A stretch of DNA of 58,680 bases from Myxococcota bacterium. Lineage in GTDB: Bacteria > Myxococcota > UBA4151. Numbering within the stretch: the first letter of the stretch is position 1; each line of letters opens with the position of its first letter. Both the position numbers and the translations under genes were made by a program. Of the stretch, positions 28,241 to 39,100 are shown one piece after another. The notes under the pieces are model-generated. The model had not been told where the DNA came from. It did not search any database and was given only the letters and a program-made list of their open reading frames with translations. The stretch is from contig JBDQPD010000007.1 in NCBI GenBank assembly GCA_040260805.1, forward strand, positions 1 through 58,680, written 5' to 3'.

Positions 28241-30775
28241 ATGGCGATCTTTAGCAGCAAAAAAGCCGCTCCTAGCACACCGCTTGATCAGCTCAGAACC
28301 GACACGAAGCTCAGCCCCGCTGACCAGCAGCGTTTGGTGCGCGAGGTGCTCAGCGATGAGAGCGTTCGGGGTAAAGATGTCGCCTGGGCGTTGGCATCGA
28401 AGCGTCCAGAGTTGCGCCGGATGGGCATCCAAGTGCTCAAGCGCAGCGGAGGTGAGCTGGGTAAGACCTTGATCGCGGAGTTTCGTGACAAGTCAGAGGG
28501 CGAACAAAAGAATCTGATTCAGTCTGCGTGTGAACTCGATCAGGATACGGTGACAGAGGTTCTTGAGTGGCTCCAAGGTAGCGACAATCGTCGCAGCCGC
28601 AGTTTGCTTGGTTATCTGATTCGTTACGCGCCTTTTGATAAGGTCAAAAGCGCCTTGAGCAAGCTCGCCAACGACGCAACCGGCGAGGTGCGGGTCGCCG
28701 CCATCTCGCGCTTGCGTGAAGACCCAGCGATGCTTCGCTCGATCGGTCTGGGCGCAGAGGCGATCGCCAGCATGGCGCAAAGCCCGACCGACGATCTTCG
28801 CAAGGCTGGTTATGAGTTGGCTGCAAGCCTGACGGGTGAGAACTTTGATCTCATTTTGGTACAAGGTCTTGGTGACTCGGTCCCGACCATTCGTAAGCAG
28901 GTCGCTAGTCACATTGAAAAGCGGGTGATCGAGAGTGATCCAGCGATGATGCATGCTTTGATGGATCTCTTAAGTGATGGTCGGCACGCGGTGCGCTCGA
29001 CCGCGGTCGATTTGTTGACCAAGGCTCCCGACACCCACCAGGTCGTCCGCTCGTATCTTGACGCGACCAAGGGCGCCGCTGGCTGGATGCGGGATCGCGC
29101 TCTGGATAGCCTGAAAGCCTTCGGTGATACTCTGATCGAACCGATCTTAGAGCTGATGAGGGATTCAGATCGCGAGATCCGCATGATGGCGCTGTTGGTC
29201 GGGGCGAGCTTTGAGGACCCTCGATGCGTCGAGCCGATTATGAGCTTACTCGATGACGAAGACTGGTGGACCCGCTTGAGCGCGGTTGAGACGCTCGGTC
29301 GGAGCGGCGACAAGCGCTGCGTGGGTCGCTTGATCGAGATGCTCGATGATCAGGATTGCCAATGGGCAGTGATCGAGGCGCTTGGCGCGCTCGGAGATGA
29401 ACAGGCCATTCGGCCTCTAGCTCGCTTCCTCAAACACGATGCTGTTCCCGTGCGCTTAGCGACGATTGACTCACTCGCCAGCTTTGAAGACCCTCGAGTA
29501 CTCAAAGCACTCACCGACCGACTCAAACACGATGACAGTCAGATCGTCCGGGATCGTTGCGTCGAGGTGGTGCGAACGATCGCTGCGCGACAGGGAAAGA
29601 CCACCGACCGAAAACAGCTTGAGACGATGGCGCGCCAAAAGGGTGGTGAACATGCCACCAATCGTTTGGATCGCTTGTTGATTGAGGTTCGGCGCCAAGG
29701 AGGCTCGGATTTACACATCGCGGTGGGCTTACCTCCCTTGATGCGTGTGGGGGGTGCGCTTGAGCGCGCGCCTGGCGGCGGGATGGAAGAGGATGAGGTC
29801 AAAGAGCTTTTGTTCTCGATCCTCACGCCTCGCCAGAAGGAGGCGCTGATCAAGGATCTGCAGCTCGACTTCTGCTACTCAGTACCCGAAGTCGGGCGCT
29901 ACCGCGCAAACCTCTTCCTCCAGCGACGCGGTTACGGAGGAATTTTCCGTGTGATCCCTGGGGTTGTGCCAACCTTTTCAGACATTGGCTTGCCGGATCA
30001 TGTGGCGCAGATGAAGGATTTCCACCAGGGCATGATCATCGTCGCTGGGCCAGCGAGCTCAGGAAAGTCAACGACGCTTGCCGCCTTGGTGAATCTTCTC
30101 AACGAAGAGAAGCGTGCGCATATTTTGAGTCTTGAAGAGCCGGTCGAGTTTGTTCACCTGAACAAGCAGTCGTTGGTCAATCAACGAGAGGTCGGTAAAC
30201 ATACGCAGAGTTTTGCCAATGCGTTGCGCGGAGCGCTTCGTGAAGACCCCGACGTGATCGTCGTCGGTGACATGCGTGATCCCGAGGTGATTCGAATGGC
30301 GCTAGAAGCCTCCGAAACCGGTCACTTGGTGATCGGCACGCTCAACACCACCTCAGCGCCGCAGACGGTCGATCGAATCATCGACTCCTTCCCTCCGAAC
30401 GAGCAGCAGCAGGTCCGGCTAGCGCTCAGTGAGAGTTTACAGATTGTTGTCTCTCAGCGCTTGTTGCCGAGGATGGATGGACAAGGTCAGGTGGCTTGCT
30501 TTGAGATCCTTTTGGCGACCACTTCGGTGCGCAATATGATCCGTGATGATAAGACGTTCCAGCTCGGCGCTGCCATGCAGATGGGCAAAACTCAGGGGAA
30601 CCGAACCGCCGATATGTCGATGCAGGATCTGGTCGAAAAACGCCTTCTGAGCGCCGAGGATGCCTACACTCGAGCGAAGGAGAAATCCTTGTTTGAAAAC
30701 TTAGTGAGTTCGGACTTCTTGGCAGAGGCTCAGCGCTCGGATGGTGCGAGCAAAGACAAGAAGGAAGGGGCCTGA
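28241..30775 (+). CDS. HEAT-repeat protein fused to a PilT/PilU-family ATPase
   Basis: About 470 aa of HEAT/PBS-like repeats (WTRLSAVETLG, VRLATIDSLA), then GSDLHI, GRYRANLF, GPASSGKST, QREVG, LREDPD, VRNMIRD. Confidence 0.9.
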   Translation: MAIFSSKKAAPSTPLDQLRTDTKLSPADQQRLVREVLSDESVRGKDVAWALASKRPELRRMGIQVLKRSGGELGKTLIAEFRDKSEGEQKNLIQSACELDQDTVTEVLEWLQGSDNRRSRSLLGYLIRYAPFDKVKSALSKLANDATGEVRVAAISRLREDPAMLRSIGLGAEAIASMAQSPTDDLRKAGYELAASLTGENFDLILVQGLGDSVPTIRKQVASHIEKRVIESDPAMMHALMDLLSDGRHAVRSTAVDLLTKAPDTHQVVRSYLDATKGAAGWMRDRALDSLKAFGDTLIEPILELMRDSDREIRMMALLVGASFEDPRCVEPIMSLLDDEDWWTRLSAVETLGRSGDKRCVGRLIEMLDDQDCQWAVIEALGALGDEQAIRPLARFLKHDAVPVRLATIDSLASFEDPRVLKALTDRLKHDDSQIVRDRCVEVVRTIAARQGKTTDRKQLETMARQKGGEHATNRLDRLLIEVRRQGGSDLHIAVGLPPLMRVGGALERAPGGGMEEDEVKELLFSILTPRQKEALIKDLQLDFCYSVPEVGRYRANLFLQRRGYGGIFRVIPGVVPTFSDIGLPDHVAQMKDFHQGMIIVAGPASSGKSTTLAALVNLLNEEKRAHILSLEEPVEFVHLNKQSLVNQREVGKHTQSFANALRGALREDPDVIVVGDMRDPEVIRMALEASETGHLVIGTLNTTSAPQTVDRIIDSFPPNEQQQVRLALSESLQIVVSQRLLPRMDGQGQVACFEILLATTSVRNMIRDDKTFQLGAAMQMGKTQGNRTADMSMQDLVEKRLLSAEDAYTRAKEKSLFENLVSSDFLAEAQRSDGASKDKKEGA

Positions 30776-30777
30776 TT

Positions 30778-31911
30778 ATGAGTATCGTTCGTCGTAATCG
30801 CATTGATCGCTTCTTGCAGCTCATGGTCGAGCGTGGCGCCTCTGATCTGCATTTTAGTGTCAGCCGGCCTCCCATGTTTCGTCTCAATGGCGAGATCGAT
30901 CCGCTTCGCTACCGAGTCATCACTAACGAAGATTATGTCGCCATGATGGAGCCCATCGTTCCGCACGAGAGCTATTGGCAGCGATTTCTGGCGAGTGGTG
31001 ATCTTGATTTTGCATACGAAGTGCCAGGTTTAGCGCGTTTTCGTGTGAACTTGTTTATGCAAGAACATGGCTTTGGTGCTGTGTTTCGGACGATTCCAAC
31101 CACCATCTTAACGATGGAGCAGTTGGCGCTTCCGACCGTGCTTAACCGGATCGTTGATTTGCGATCGGGCTTGGTTCTGGTGACCGGCCCCACAGGCTCG
31201 GGCAAGTCGACGAGTCTTGCGGCAATTATCGATCGTATGAACTCGACTAAGTCCATGCATATTGTCACCATTGAAGACCCTGTCGAGTTTGTTCATCAGC
31301 ACAAAAAGGCTGTGATTTCACAGCGTGAGATCGGTCAGCACGCACACAACTTTGCCGACGCTCTGCGCGCCGCGGTGCGCGAGGACCCTGACTTGGTGCT
31401 CGTGGGCGAAATGCGTGACTTGGAGACCATCAGTCTGGCGCTAAACGCAGCGGCCTCTGGGTTGTTGGTCTTTGGCACCTTGCACACCAACTCCGCCGCA
31501 AAGACAGTGGATCGGATCATCAACGTCTTTCCGACCGATGAACAAGAGGCGGTGCGGTCGGTCTTGGCAGAGTGTCTTCAGTGCGTCGTGGCTCAGCAGC
31601 TGCTCAAGCGTATCGGGGGCGGACGATGTGCGGCGGTAGAGGTGATGTTCACGGCGCCGGCGCTGCCTAATCTCATCCGTGAAGGGAAATCGCACCAGCT
31701 CGGCGGTTACATATCGGCTGGAAAGCGCTTGGGTATGATCACCATGGACCAAGCCCTCTACGATCACGTCGAAGCCGGTCGAATCTCAGTGGAGGCGGGG
31801 ATTGAGAAGGCGCTTAACAAGATGGACTTTAGAAAGCGCATGGCGACGGTTAAAGGGCCTGATGATGCGCGGCTCGCTCAGCAGCGCCCTGGTTCAGGTA
31901 AGCCCGCGTAG
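30778..31911 (+). CDS. pilT: PilT/PilU-family type IV pilus retraction ATPase paralog
   Basis: ASDLH, RFRVNLF, GPTGSGKST, TIEDPVE, LVGEMRD, TLHTNSA, PNLIREGK. Confidence 0.9.
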   Translation: MSIVRRNRIDRFLQLMVERGASDLHFSVSRPPMFRLNGEIDPLRYRVITNEDYVAMMEPIVPHESYWQRFLASGDLDFAYEVPGLARFRVNLFMQEHGFGAVFRTIPTTILTMEQLALPTVLNRIVDLRSGLVLVTGPTGSGKSTSLAAIIDRMNSTKSMHIVTIEDPVEFVHQHKKAVISQREIGQHAHNFADALRAAVREDPDLVLVGEMRDLETISLALNAAASGLLVFGTLHTNSAAKTVDRIINVFPTDEQEAVRSVLAECLQCVVAQQLLKRIGGGRCAAVEVMFTAPALPNLIREGKSHQLGGYISAGKRLGMITMDQALYDHVEAGRISVEAGIEKALNKMDFRKRMATVKGPDDARLAQQRPGSGKPA

Positions 31912-32808
31912 ATGAGCGTAGAGATCGGCGAACCGTTGCAGCGAGAGCGCAGCGCCGAACAAGAGGACCTGCCGGCGATCGCGGGCTGTGGCTACAAGGA
32001 CCCTAATTTCGACCCTGTGGCGGCATGGAAGGCGAGGCAAGCGGCGAAACCTGCGCAACAGGTAGAGCAGGGATCGCTGATGCCCTGCGTGGAGGCGATG
32101 CCCAACTGGAGGAGCTTTGTGGGGTGGGTTGAGCCGTCAGCTTCAGCACCTAAAGAGCCGCAGCCGGTCGAGGAAGCTGCTCCCCTCAAGCCCGCGCCGC
32201 AGTCTATTCTACCTGAGGACACTGCGAAGCCTTCACCGACCCGAGAAGAAGTGATTTTTGACGCGCCCGATGACGACGCAACCTCGATCACCCTCGCCGA
32301 TTTTGACGAGCCTGGTCAGGCCAGCGCGGCGCCGGCAATGAATCTGGGTGACTTGGACATGGATTCGATCATCCAAGCTGCTGCTGAGTCGGTCGATTTA
32401 GCGGCTGAAGCGCCCGAGACAGATCCTGCTCATGAGCCTTCAGCGACTTCAGAAGCCAGCGCGTCGACCATGGTGGTTGTGCTCGATGAGCCCGGCGCAT
32501 CACTCGATTTTGAGCCCGAATCAGAACCGGAACCGATGCACGCTGGTCGAGCTGAACCGCTGGTCTCGACCTCACCCCAGGGCATGCCCCTCGCGCCCAA
32601 GCTCGCAGGGGTTCGACCCTTAGCTCACCCCGGGCGACTCCCGCGCGGTTTTGACCTGAGCGCAGCGGAAAAAGGTGTTTTGAGAAAATGTAATGGCCAG
32701 CAGACCACTCAGGCGATTTTTGATTCGGGCATCGAGCTTGATGGCGACGCTTTGACTGCCTTTCTAAAGCGTTGCGCTAAGGTCAAGCTGATCACCTTCA
32801 AGAAGTAG
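31912..32808 (+). CDS. Hypothetical protein: Pro/Ala/Glu-rich disordered region with small C-terminal winged-helix-like domain
   Basis: ATG directly after the pilT stop; low-complexity acidic core; LSAAEKGVLRKCNGQQT...LITF tail. Confidence 0.55.
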   Translation: MSVEIGEPLQRERSAEQEDLPAIAGCGYKDPNFDPVAAWKARQAAKPAQQVEQGSLMPCVEAMPNWRSFVGWVEPSASAPKEPQPVEEAAPLKPAPQSILPEDTAKPSPTREEVIFDAPDDDATSITLADFDEPGQASAAPAMNLGDLDMDSIIQAAAESVDLAAEAPETDPAHEPSATSEASASTMVVVLDEPGASLDFEPESEPEPMHAGRAEPLVSTSPQGMPLAPKLAGVRPLAHPGRLPRGFDLSAAEKGVLRKCNGQQTTQAIFDSGIELDGDALTAFLKRCAKVKLITFKK

Positions 32809-32840
32809 CTGCTCTCACTTCACCTCGTCCTCATTTTTTC

Positions 32841-32863
32841 CGATACGATACCGTTGCGTTTCG
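32841..32863. promoter_or_regulatory. Probable TetR operator (imperfect palindrome)
   Basis: CGATACGATACCGTTGCGTTTCG; 16 of 23 positions match its reverse complement; directly upstream of tetR. Confidence 0.55.
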
Positions 32864-32903
32864 CATGGGCCTCGGCTACCAAGCAAGCGGATTGGACGAT
32901 TCA

Positions 32904-33482
32904 ATGAGCGATGAGCGCCGAGGACGGCCGCTGGATGCCCAGCGCAACAAAGTGATTCATAGCAGCACCCTGAGTTTGATGGGCGAATATGGCTATGATG
33001 CGCTCTCCGTCGAGCGTGTAGCCAAGCTGGCGGGCGTCTCTAAAGCGACGATATACCGCCGCTACCCGAACAAGATGGAGCTGGTCTTAGCGTCTCTAGA
33101 TCACAATTTGTACGGGTTGCCGATGCCCGATTCTGGGACCGGTTTGGGCGATTTAATGCAGATGGCGCATATGATTCGCACCTACGGGCTGAATAATGAG
33201 ACGAGATGCATGTTTGGGACCATGATGACGGCGCGAGTACGTCATCCGGAGCTAGCGAAGGCTGTTCATGAGCGGATCGTGGTCCCCAGACGTCAGCGCG
33301 CTCGGAGTGTCCTTGAGCGTGCGGTCAAGCGTGGTGAGTTGCCGGCGGAGACGCCACTCGAATTGGTGATGGATATGGTATTTGGTGCGATGTTGGTGCG
33401 TTTGGCGCGCGGGGAAGCGGTGAGCGAATCGCTCGCTGAGCATCTCGTGAAGACCGTCTGGTTTGGGATGGGGGGCCGATGA
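32904..33482 (+). CDS. TetR/AcrR family regulator
   Basis: RGRP, GYDALSVERVAKLAGVSKATIYRRYPNK; ORF track start 32865. Confidence 0.92.
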   Translation: MSDERRGRPLDAQRNKVIHSSTLSLMGEYGYDALSVERVAKLAGVSKATIYRRYPNKMELVLASLDHNLYGLPMPDSGTGLGDLMQMAHMIRTYGLNNETRCMFGTMMTARVRHPELAKAVHERIVVPRRQRARSVLERAVKRGELPAETPLELVMDMVFGAMLVRLARGEAVSESLAEHLVKTVWFGMGGR

Positions 33483-34951
33483 TGCGTTGCAGCGCACTGA
33501 TCCTCCTGAGCGGTTGCGCTCTGCACCCGCTCAGTGTTCGGACCGCCGTCGCGCCGGATTTACCCGCGCCCAAGGTGGTGAGCGACGATCTCGCCCAGAG
33601 CGATTGGTGGGGGGTCTTACCCGACGAGTCCCTCGCCGCGCTGGTCTCCGATACGCTGGCGAACAACCCTGACTTGAGAACTTTTGAGGCGGTGCTGCGC
33701 CAGGCGGAAGCGATGGCGAAGGTCAGCGGCTCTGCGCGGTATCCATCGCTGAGCTTTGCGAGCTCTTTTGTCGGTCAGCCCTACACCCCCTTTGTGCTTC
33801 CTATTCCTGGAATGAACCAAGACCCGGACACCGAGGCGCAAGCGACGATTCAGACGCAGTTCAATCTTGCCTATGAGGCCGATCTGTTTGGTAAGGTCCG
33901 CGCGAACGCGGGAGCCGCTCTGCGAGACGCCAAAGCCGCCGCCTTAGACCTGCAAGCGATGCAGCTGATGAGCACCGCTCAAGTCGTCGAGATGGTCCTG
34001 ACGGTACTTGAAGGGCGAGAGCAGCTGGCGCTGCTCGCCACCAACGAGAAGCTTTTACGGCAACAGCGTGACTTCGTGATCAGCCGCTACCAAGCGGGTC
34101 TGTCCAACGTCCTCGAGCTGCGCCAGCAAGACGAGCTGATTGCGACCACGGTCGCGCAGCGCCCATTGCTCAACGAGCAGATCGCCGCCGCAGGTCGCCG
34201 CTTGTCGTTGTTGACAGGTGGACATTCTGGGACTCAGCGCCTGCCGAAGGGAGCCGCTCTTCCGACCCTGCCGGCGCCGTGGGCAGAAGCCGTTTCAGCG
34301 ACCTTTGTGCATCGCAGACCAGACGTAGCGAGCGCCTTTGAAAAGCTGCATTCGGCAGATCATCGATTAGCCGCTGCCTTGGCTTCTCGCCTGCCGAGTC
34401 TGAGATTTAATGGAGCGGCGGGGTTCTTGTTCTTAGGGCGCAGCGCTGCAGAAACAACGGTAGGCGGCAATACAGAGCCCGCGAAGAGCCTGTCCGAGTC
34501 GCTAGGGGAAGCCTACGACACCGTCGCTGAGAACCCAGCAGATAACCTCGCCTGGCAGCTCTCGGTGCAGCTCCTTCAGCCCATCTACCAAGGCGGCGCC
34601 GTCAAGGGGCAGATCGCTGCGGCTCGCGCCGGGAGAGAGGCTGCGGTTGAGCGCTACCGAAAGGCTGTTTTGACAGCCTTTGATGAGGTGGTTTCAAGCC
34701 ACTCTGGCGAGCAGGCGCAACGCAGCTATTTGGATCGCCTCAAGGATCAGCGCCGCGCTGTCGAGGCGTCGCTCAATGCTGCGAAAGATCGTTATCAAGC
34801 GGGTCTCACTGAATACCGCGTCTTATTGCAAACTCAGCTGGCTTTGTTGCGCGTGGATCAAGCGTTAATCCGCGCACGCCGGCAAGTCTGGAGTCAACGG
34901 ATACGGCTTTTACGAGCCGCCGCCGGTAGCCTTGGAGAGAACAGGCCATGA
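33479..34951 (+). CDS. Outer-membrane efflux lipoprotein (NodT/OprM/TolC family)
   Basis: Lipobox LSGC; DWW, NNPDL, YEADLFGK, RRPDV; two OEP repeats. Confidence 0.92.
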   Translation: MMRCSALILLSGCALHPLSVRTAVAPDLPAPKVVSDDLAQSDWWGVLPDESLAALVSDTLANNPDLRTFEAVLRQAEAMAKVSGSARYPSLSFASSFVGQPYTPFVLPIPGMNQDPDTEAQATIQTQFNLAYEADLFGKVRANAGAALRDAKAAALDLQAMQLMSTAQVVEMVLTVLEGREQLALLATNEKLLRQQRDFVISRYQAGLSNVLELRQQDELIATTVAQRPLLNEQIAAAGRRLSLLTGGHSGTQRLPKGAALPTLPAPWAEAVSATFVHRRPDVASAFEKLHSADHRLAAALASRLPSLRFNGAAGFLFLGRSAAETTVGGNTEPAKSLSESLGEAYDTVAENPADNLAWQLSVQLLQPIYQGGAVKGQIAAARAGREAAVERYRKAVLTAFDEVVSSHSGEQAQRSYLDRLKDQRRAVEASLNAAKDRYQAGLTEYRVLLQTQLALLRVDQALIRARRQVWSQRIRLLRAAAGSLGENRP

Positions 34952-36123
34952 ACAAACTCAAAATCATTTTGCCGATCGCATTTTTGGTGCTCGGCGGAGT
35001 CGCCGTCAAAGCGCTGGGTAGTCGTGACCGAGCCCCGAAGAAAAAACCTGCCAGTGAGCGCAGTGTTGCCGTTCAGACAGCGCCCGTGGAGCGACGCGAT
35101 GCGCCGTTTTTTATCCACGCGGAAGGCACCGTCCAAGCGGTCCAAAACACCACACTCAGCGCACAGGTGGCTGGGCGAGTGGTGCGGCTGAGCCCGAAAC
35201 TCAAAACAGGCGGTCTTTTTACTCAGGGTGAAGTGCTCCTAAAGATCGATGATCGTGACCACCGTGCGCGCCTTGTGCAATCTCAAGCCGTGGTTCAGCG
35301 AGCCGAGATGGAATTTGAGATGGCGAAGCAGCGCCAACGGGTGGCGCAAGCCGAATATGCGGGCAGCGGCGTGGGCAAAGGTCAAGAGGCGCACCCCTTG
35401 ACGCAGTATGAGCCTCAGCTGCGCGCAGCTCAAGCTGCCTTGTCGAGCGCCCAAGCCGGTCAGCGGCTGGCGCAACTGGCGGTGGATCGAACCTCGCTCA
35501 GAGCACCTTATGACTGCGTTGTGCGCAAGCGGCAGGTGGAGGTCGGTGATAACGTGGGTCCTGGGCGCATGCTCGCAGCGGTCGCCGGTACCGGCATGTA
35601 CGAAGTCATTTTGTCCCTGGGTCAAGACAAGCTCAAACTCATACAGGCGGGAGGTTCGATGACCGACCGAGAGGTGTGGGTCTCGACCGGGCGAGGCGAT
35701 AAGGCGCTCTGGAAAGCTCGCATCGACCGCTTGGAGGCTGAGCTTGAGCCGCTGGGGCGGCTGGCGCGTCTTGCCGTACGGATCGATGAGCCGCTCTCCG
35801 AGGATACCCCTCTTTTCTTGGGCAGCTTCGTGCAGGTCAAAATCGCCGGTGTGCCGCTCAAGAACGTCTTCGTTGTTCCTGACCGAGCCTTCAACAATGG
35901 GCGCGTCTTCGTCGTCGACAGCGAGAACCGTTTGGACGCTCGAAAAGTTGATATAGCGCATCGAGTGCCAGGCGTCGCCTACGTCTCAGACGGTCTGTCC
36001 GAGGGTGATGAGCTGGTCATCTCGCGTCTGCGGAACCCGTTGGTGGGTACTAAAGTCAAGCGAGCCGGTAGCGAACCGGATCAAAAGCCAAAGTCCACCG
36101 AGGGCGGGGGTGACACCAAATGA
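34948..36123 (+). CDS. RND efflux periplasmic adaptor (MFP)
   Basis: AQVAGRV, GEVLLKID, LRAPYDCVV...VGDNV. Confidence 0.92.
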   Translation: MNKLKIILPIAFLVLGGVAVKALGSRDRAPKKKPASERSVAVQTAPVERRDAPFFIHAEGTVQAVQNTTLSAQVAGRVVRLSPKLKTGGLFTQGEVLLKIDDRDHRARLVQSQAVVQRAEMEFEMAKQRQRVAQAEYAGSGVGKGQEAHPLTQYEPQLRAAQAALSSAQAGQRLAQLAVDRTSLRAPYDCVVRKRQVEVGDNVGPGRMLAAVAGTGMYEVILSLGQDKLKLIQAGGSMTDREVWVSTGRGDKALWKARIDRLEAELEPLGRLARLAVRIDEPLSEDTPLFLGSFVQVKIAGVPLKNVFVVPDRAFNNGRVFVVDSENRLDARKVDIAHRVPGVAYVSDGLSEGDELVISRLRNPLVGTKVKRAGSEPDQKPKSTEGGGDTK

Positions 36124-39100
36124 TGGATCCCAAACAGATCGGCAGCGGGCCGATCGCGTGGATGGCTCGTAACTCAGTGGTCGCCAACTTGCTGATGGGG
36201 TTCATGCTCATCGCCGGCGCCTTCATCGGCAGCGGGATCAAGCAGGAGATCTTCCCCGAGGTCTCGTTAGACATCATCACCGCAACCGCTGTGTATCCGG
36301 GCGCAAGTCCCGAAGAAACCGAGCAAGCCATCTGCTTGCGCTTCGAAGAGGCTGTGCGCGGGGTGGATGGCGTGAAGCGGATCCACTGCAACGCAGGCGA
36401 GAGCTCTGCGACGGGTTGGTTTGAGCTTCAAACCGGCGTGGACGCAGACAAGGTGCTCCAAGAGGTGAAGTCGGCGATCGATCGTATCCGAACCTTCCCT
36501 GCCGACGTTGAGCGACCGATCGTCAGCTTGCCTGCGTCTCAGGCGCAGGTGATCTCGATGGTCATTTATGGTGATCTGGACGAGCGCACCTTGCGTGAAA
36601 GCGCCGTGACGATGCGCGACGAGATGCTGGCGCTGGACGAAGTCTCTAAGGTCGCGCTGTCCGGGGTGCGAGGCTACGAGACCGTGATCGAGGTCCGCCG
36701 TGAGGATTTGCGTCGCTACGGTATGACCATGTCGCAGCTGGCGCAGGCTATTCGCTCCTCATCCATTGATCTGCCTGCGGGAAGTTTGCGAACGGGTTCG
36801 GGCGAGATCTTGGTTCGAACCAAAGAGCAGCGCTTCTCAGCCTCCGAATATGGTGCCCTGACGGTCTTGTCTCGTCCGGACGGTACTCGCGTCATGCTGC
36901 GCGATGTAGCCACCTTGCGCGACGACTTTACCGAGACCTTTACCGAGGCCACGTTCAATGGCTCTCCGGCGGTGATGCTCACCGTATCAAGGACAGGAAA
37001 GCAGACCCCCAAAGGCGTCGCCAGTGCGGTCCAAGCCTTTACCGAGAAGAAACTCGCTGAGCTGCCACCATCCGTCAAAGTTGCGACCTGGATGAACCGC
37101 TCGGAGATGTTGTCTGCGCGCATGGACTTGCTGACACGAAATGCCGCGACCGGATTACTTTTGGTGATCATCGTGTTGGCACTCTTCTTAGAAATTCGGC
37201 TCGCTTTCTGGGTCACAATTGGGATCCCAATCAGCTTTGCGGGCGCCTTTTTGCTCGTCCCCGCCATGGGCGCATCGGTCAATATGATCTCCTTGTTTGG
37301 GTTCATACTGGTGCTGGGGCTGGTGGTTGATGATGCGATCGTCGTGGGCGAGAATATCTACTCTCATCGGCAGCGCGGTCACGGGATCGAGTATTCGGCG
37401 ATCGAGGGTGCGCGTGAGGTCGGGCATCCGGTGATTTTCTCGATTCTAACGACCGTCGCAGCCTTCAGCCCGCTCGCCATCGTCGGTGGCATGATGGGTA
37501 AGTTCATGTGGGCCGTTCCGGTGGTCGTGGTCAGCGTGTTGTTTTGCAGTTTGGTTGAGTCGCTCTTGATCCTGCCTGCTCACCTCAACCATGAGCCTAA
37601 GGATGCCCGCTGGGTCAAACCCTTCCACTTTGTCCAAGGTGGTATTGATCGAATCTTACAGCGATTTTTGCAGGGCCCCTTTCGTCGAGCGGTCTCGGTC
37701 GCTGTCTCGTATCGCTATGCGACTATTGCCTTCTTGATGCTCTCAGCTTTGATGACCGCAGGGATGATCAAAGGGGGGATCATTCAGTTTCGCTTCTTTC
37801 CGCCGATCGAGAGCGATCGGGTGAACGCCAACATCTCGCTGACTGAAGGCGTTCCTGCCGAAGAGACTCGCGCCATCATGGCGACCGTTGTCGCTAAGGC
37901 TCAAGAGTTGATCGCTGAATACGATGCCGAGCAAGGGCAGCCCACATCTCGGGGTATATATGCCTTGCTGGGGAATCGCCAAAGCGGGGGCGGACCAGGA
38001 GATTTTGGCCTTGGTGGGTCGGGCGTCAGCCACAAAGCGTCGATCCGAATTTCGTTCGAAGAAGAGAACATACGGGGCTTCTCAACCATCGATTTTGAGC
38101 GCCGTTGGCGCAAAGCGGTGGGTAAGCTGCCGGGCGTTGTCAATGTCAGCTTTCGCTCGAGCCTAGGCCCTGACTTTGGCGCGCCGATTATGATTCAGTT
38201 CTCGCACGCTGACACTGAGCAGCTTGAGGAAGCCGCCGATCGACTTCGTCAAGAGCTCGAATCGATCAGTGGGGTCACCGACATCGAGGATGGACGCAGC
38301 AGCGGTAAAGAGCAGATGGATCTCAAGCTCACTCAAGGCGCCCGAAGCGCTGGCTTGGGTCAAAGTGACCTGGCTCGTCAGGTGCGCTCAGCGCTGTTTG
38401 GGACCGAGGCGGTGCGGCAGCAAAAGGATCGCGATGAGGTCCGGGTGATGGTCAAACTGCCCAAGAGTCAACGCGCCAACATGTCCGACCTCGACGAGTT
38501 GATGATTCGAACGCCGAACGGAGGCGAGATGCCTCTGCGCGAGGCGGCTTCGATCTCAAAAGGAAACGCATACTCGGGGATCACTCGCAAAGAAAGTAAG
38601 CGGGTGCTGTCGGTCTCGGCTCGGGTTCAGGCGAGTATTGTGACCGCCGATGAAGTGAACGCTGATTTACGCAAGACGATTTTACCCGCCATACTCGCTG
38701 ACTTTCCGGGCCTGAGTTACAGCTTCCAAGGTGAGCGCCGGGAGCGTGAAGAGAGCTTTCGCGATCTGGGCAAAGCAGGCGCCATTGCGTTGCTGGTGAT
38801 CTACATTTTACTCGCGATCCCGTTTCGAAGTTATTTTCAGCCGCTGGCGGTCATGTCAGCGATTCCCTTCGGCTTTGTCGGAGCGGCGTTGGGCCACTAT
38901 GTTTTAGGCATGCCGCTCACCTTTATCTCGATGATGGGAATTCTCGCGCTGGCGGGGGTGGTGGTGAACGATTCACTGGTCCTAGTGGATTTCATCAATC
39001 GGTACCGAAGACAGGAAGAGGATCTTGAGAGGGCTGTTGTAGAGGCTGCGATCCGGCGCTTTCGTCCCATTTTCTTGACCTCAATGACGACCTTTTTTGG

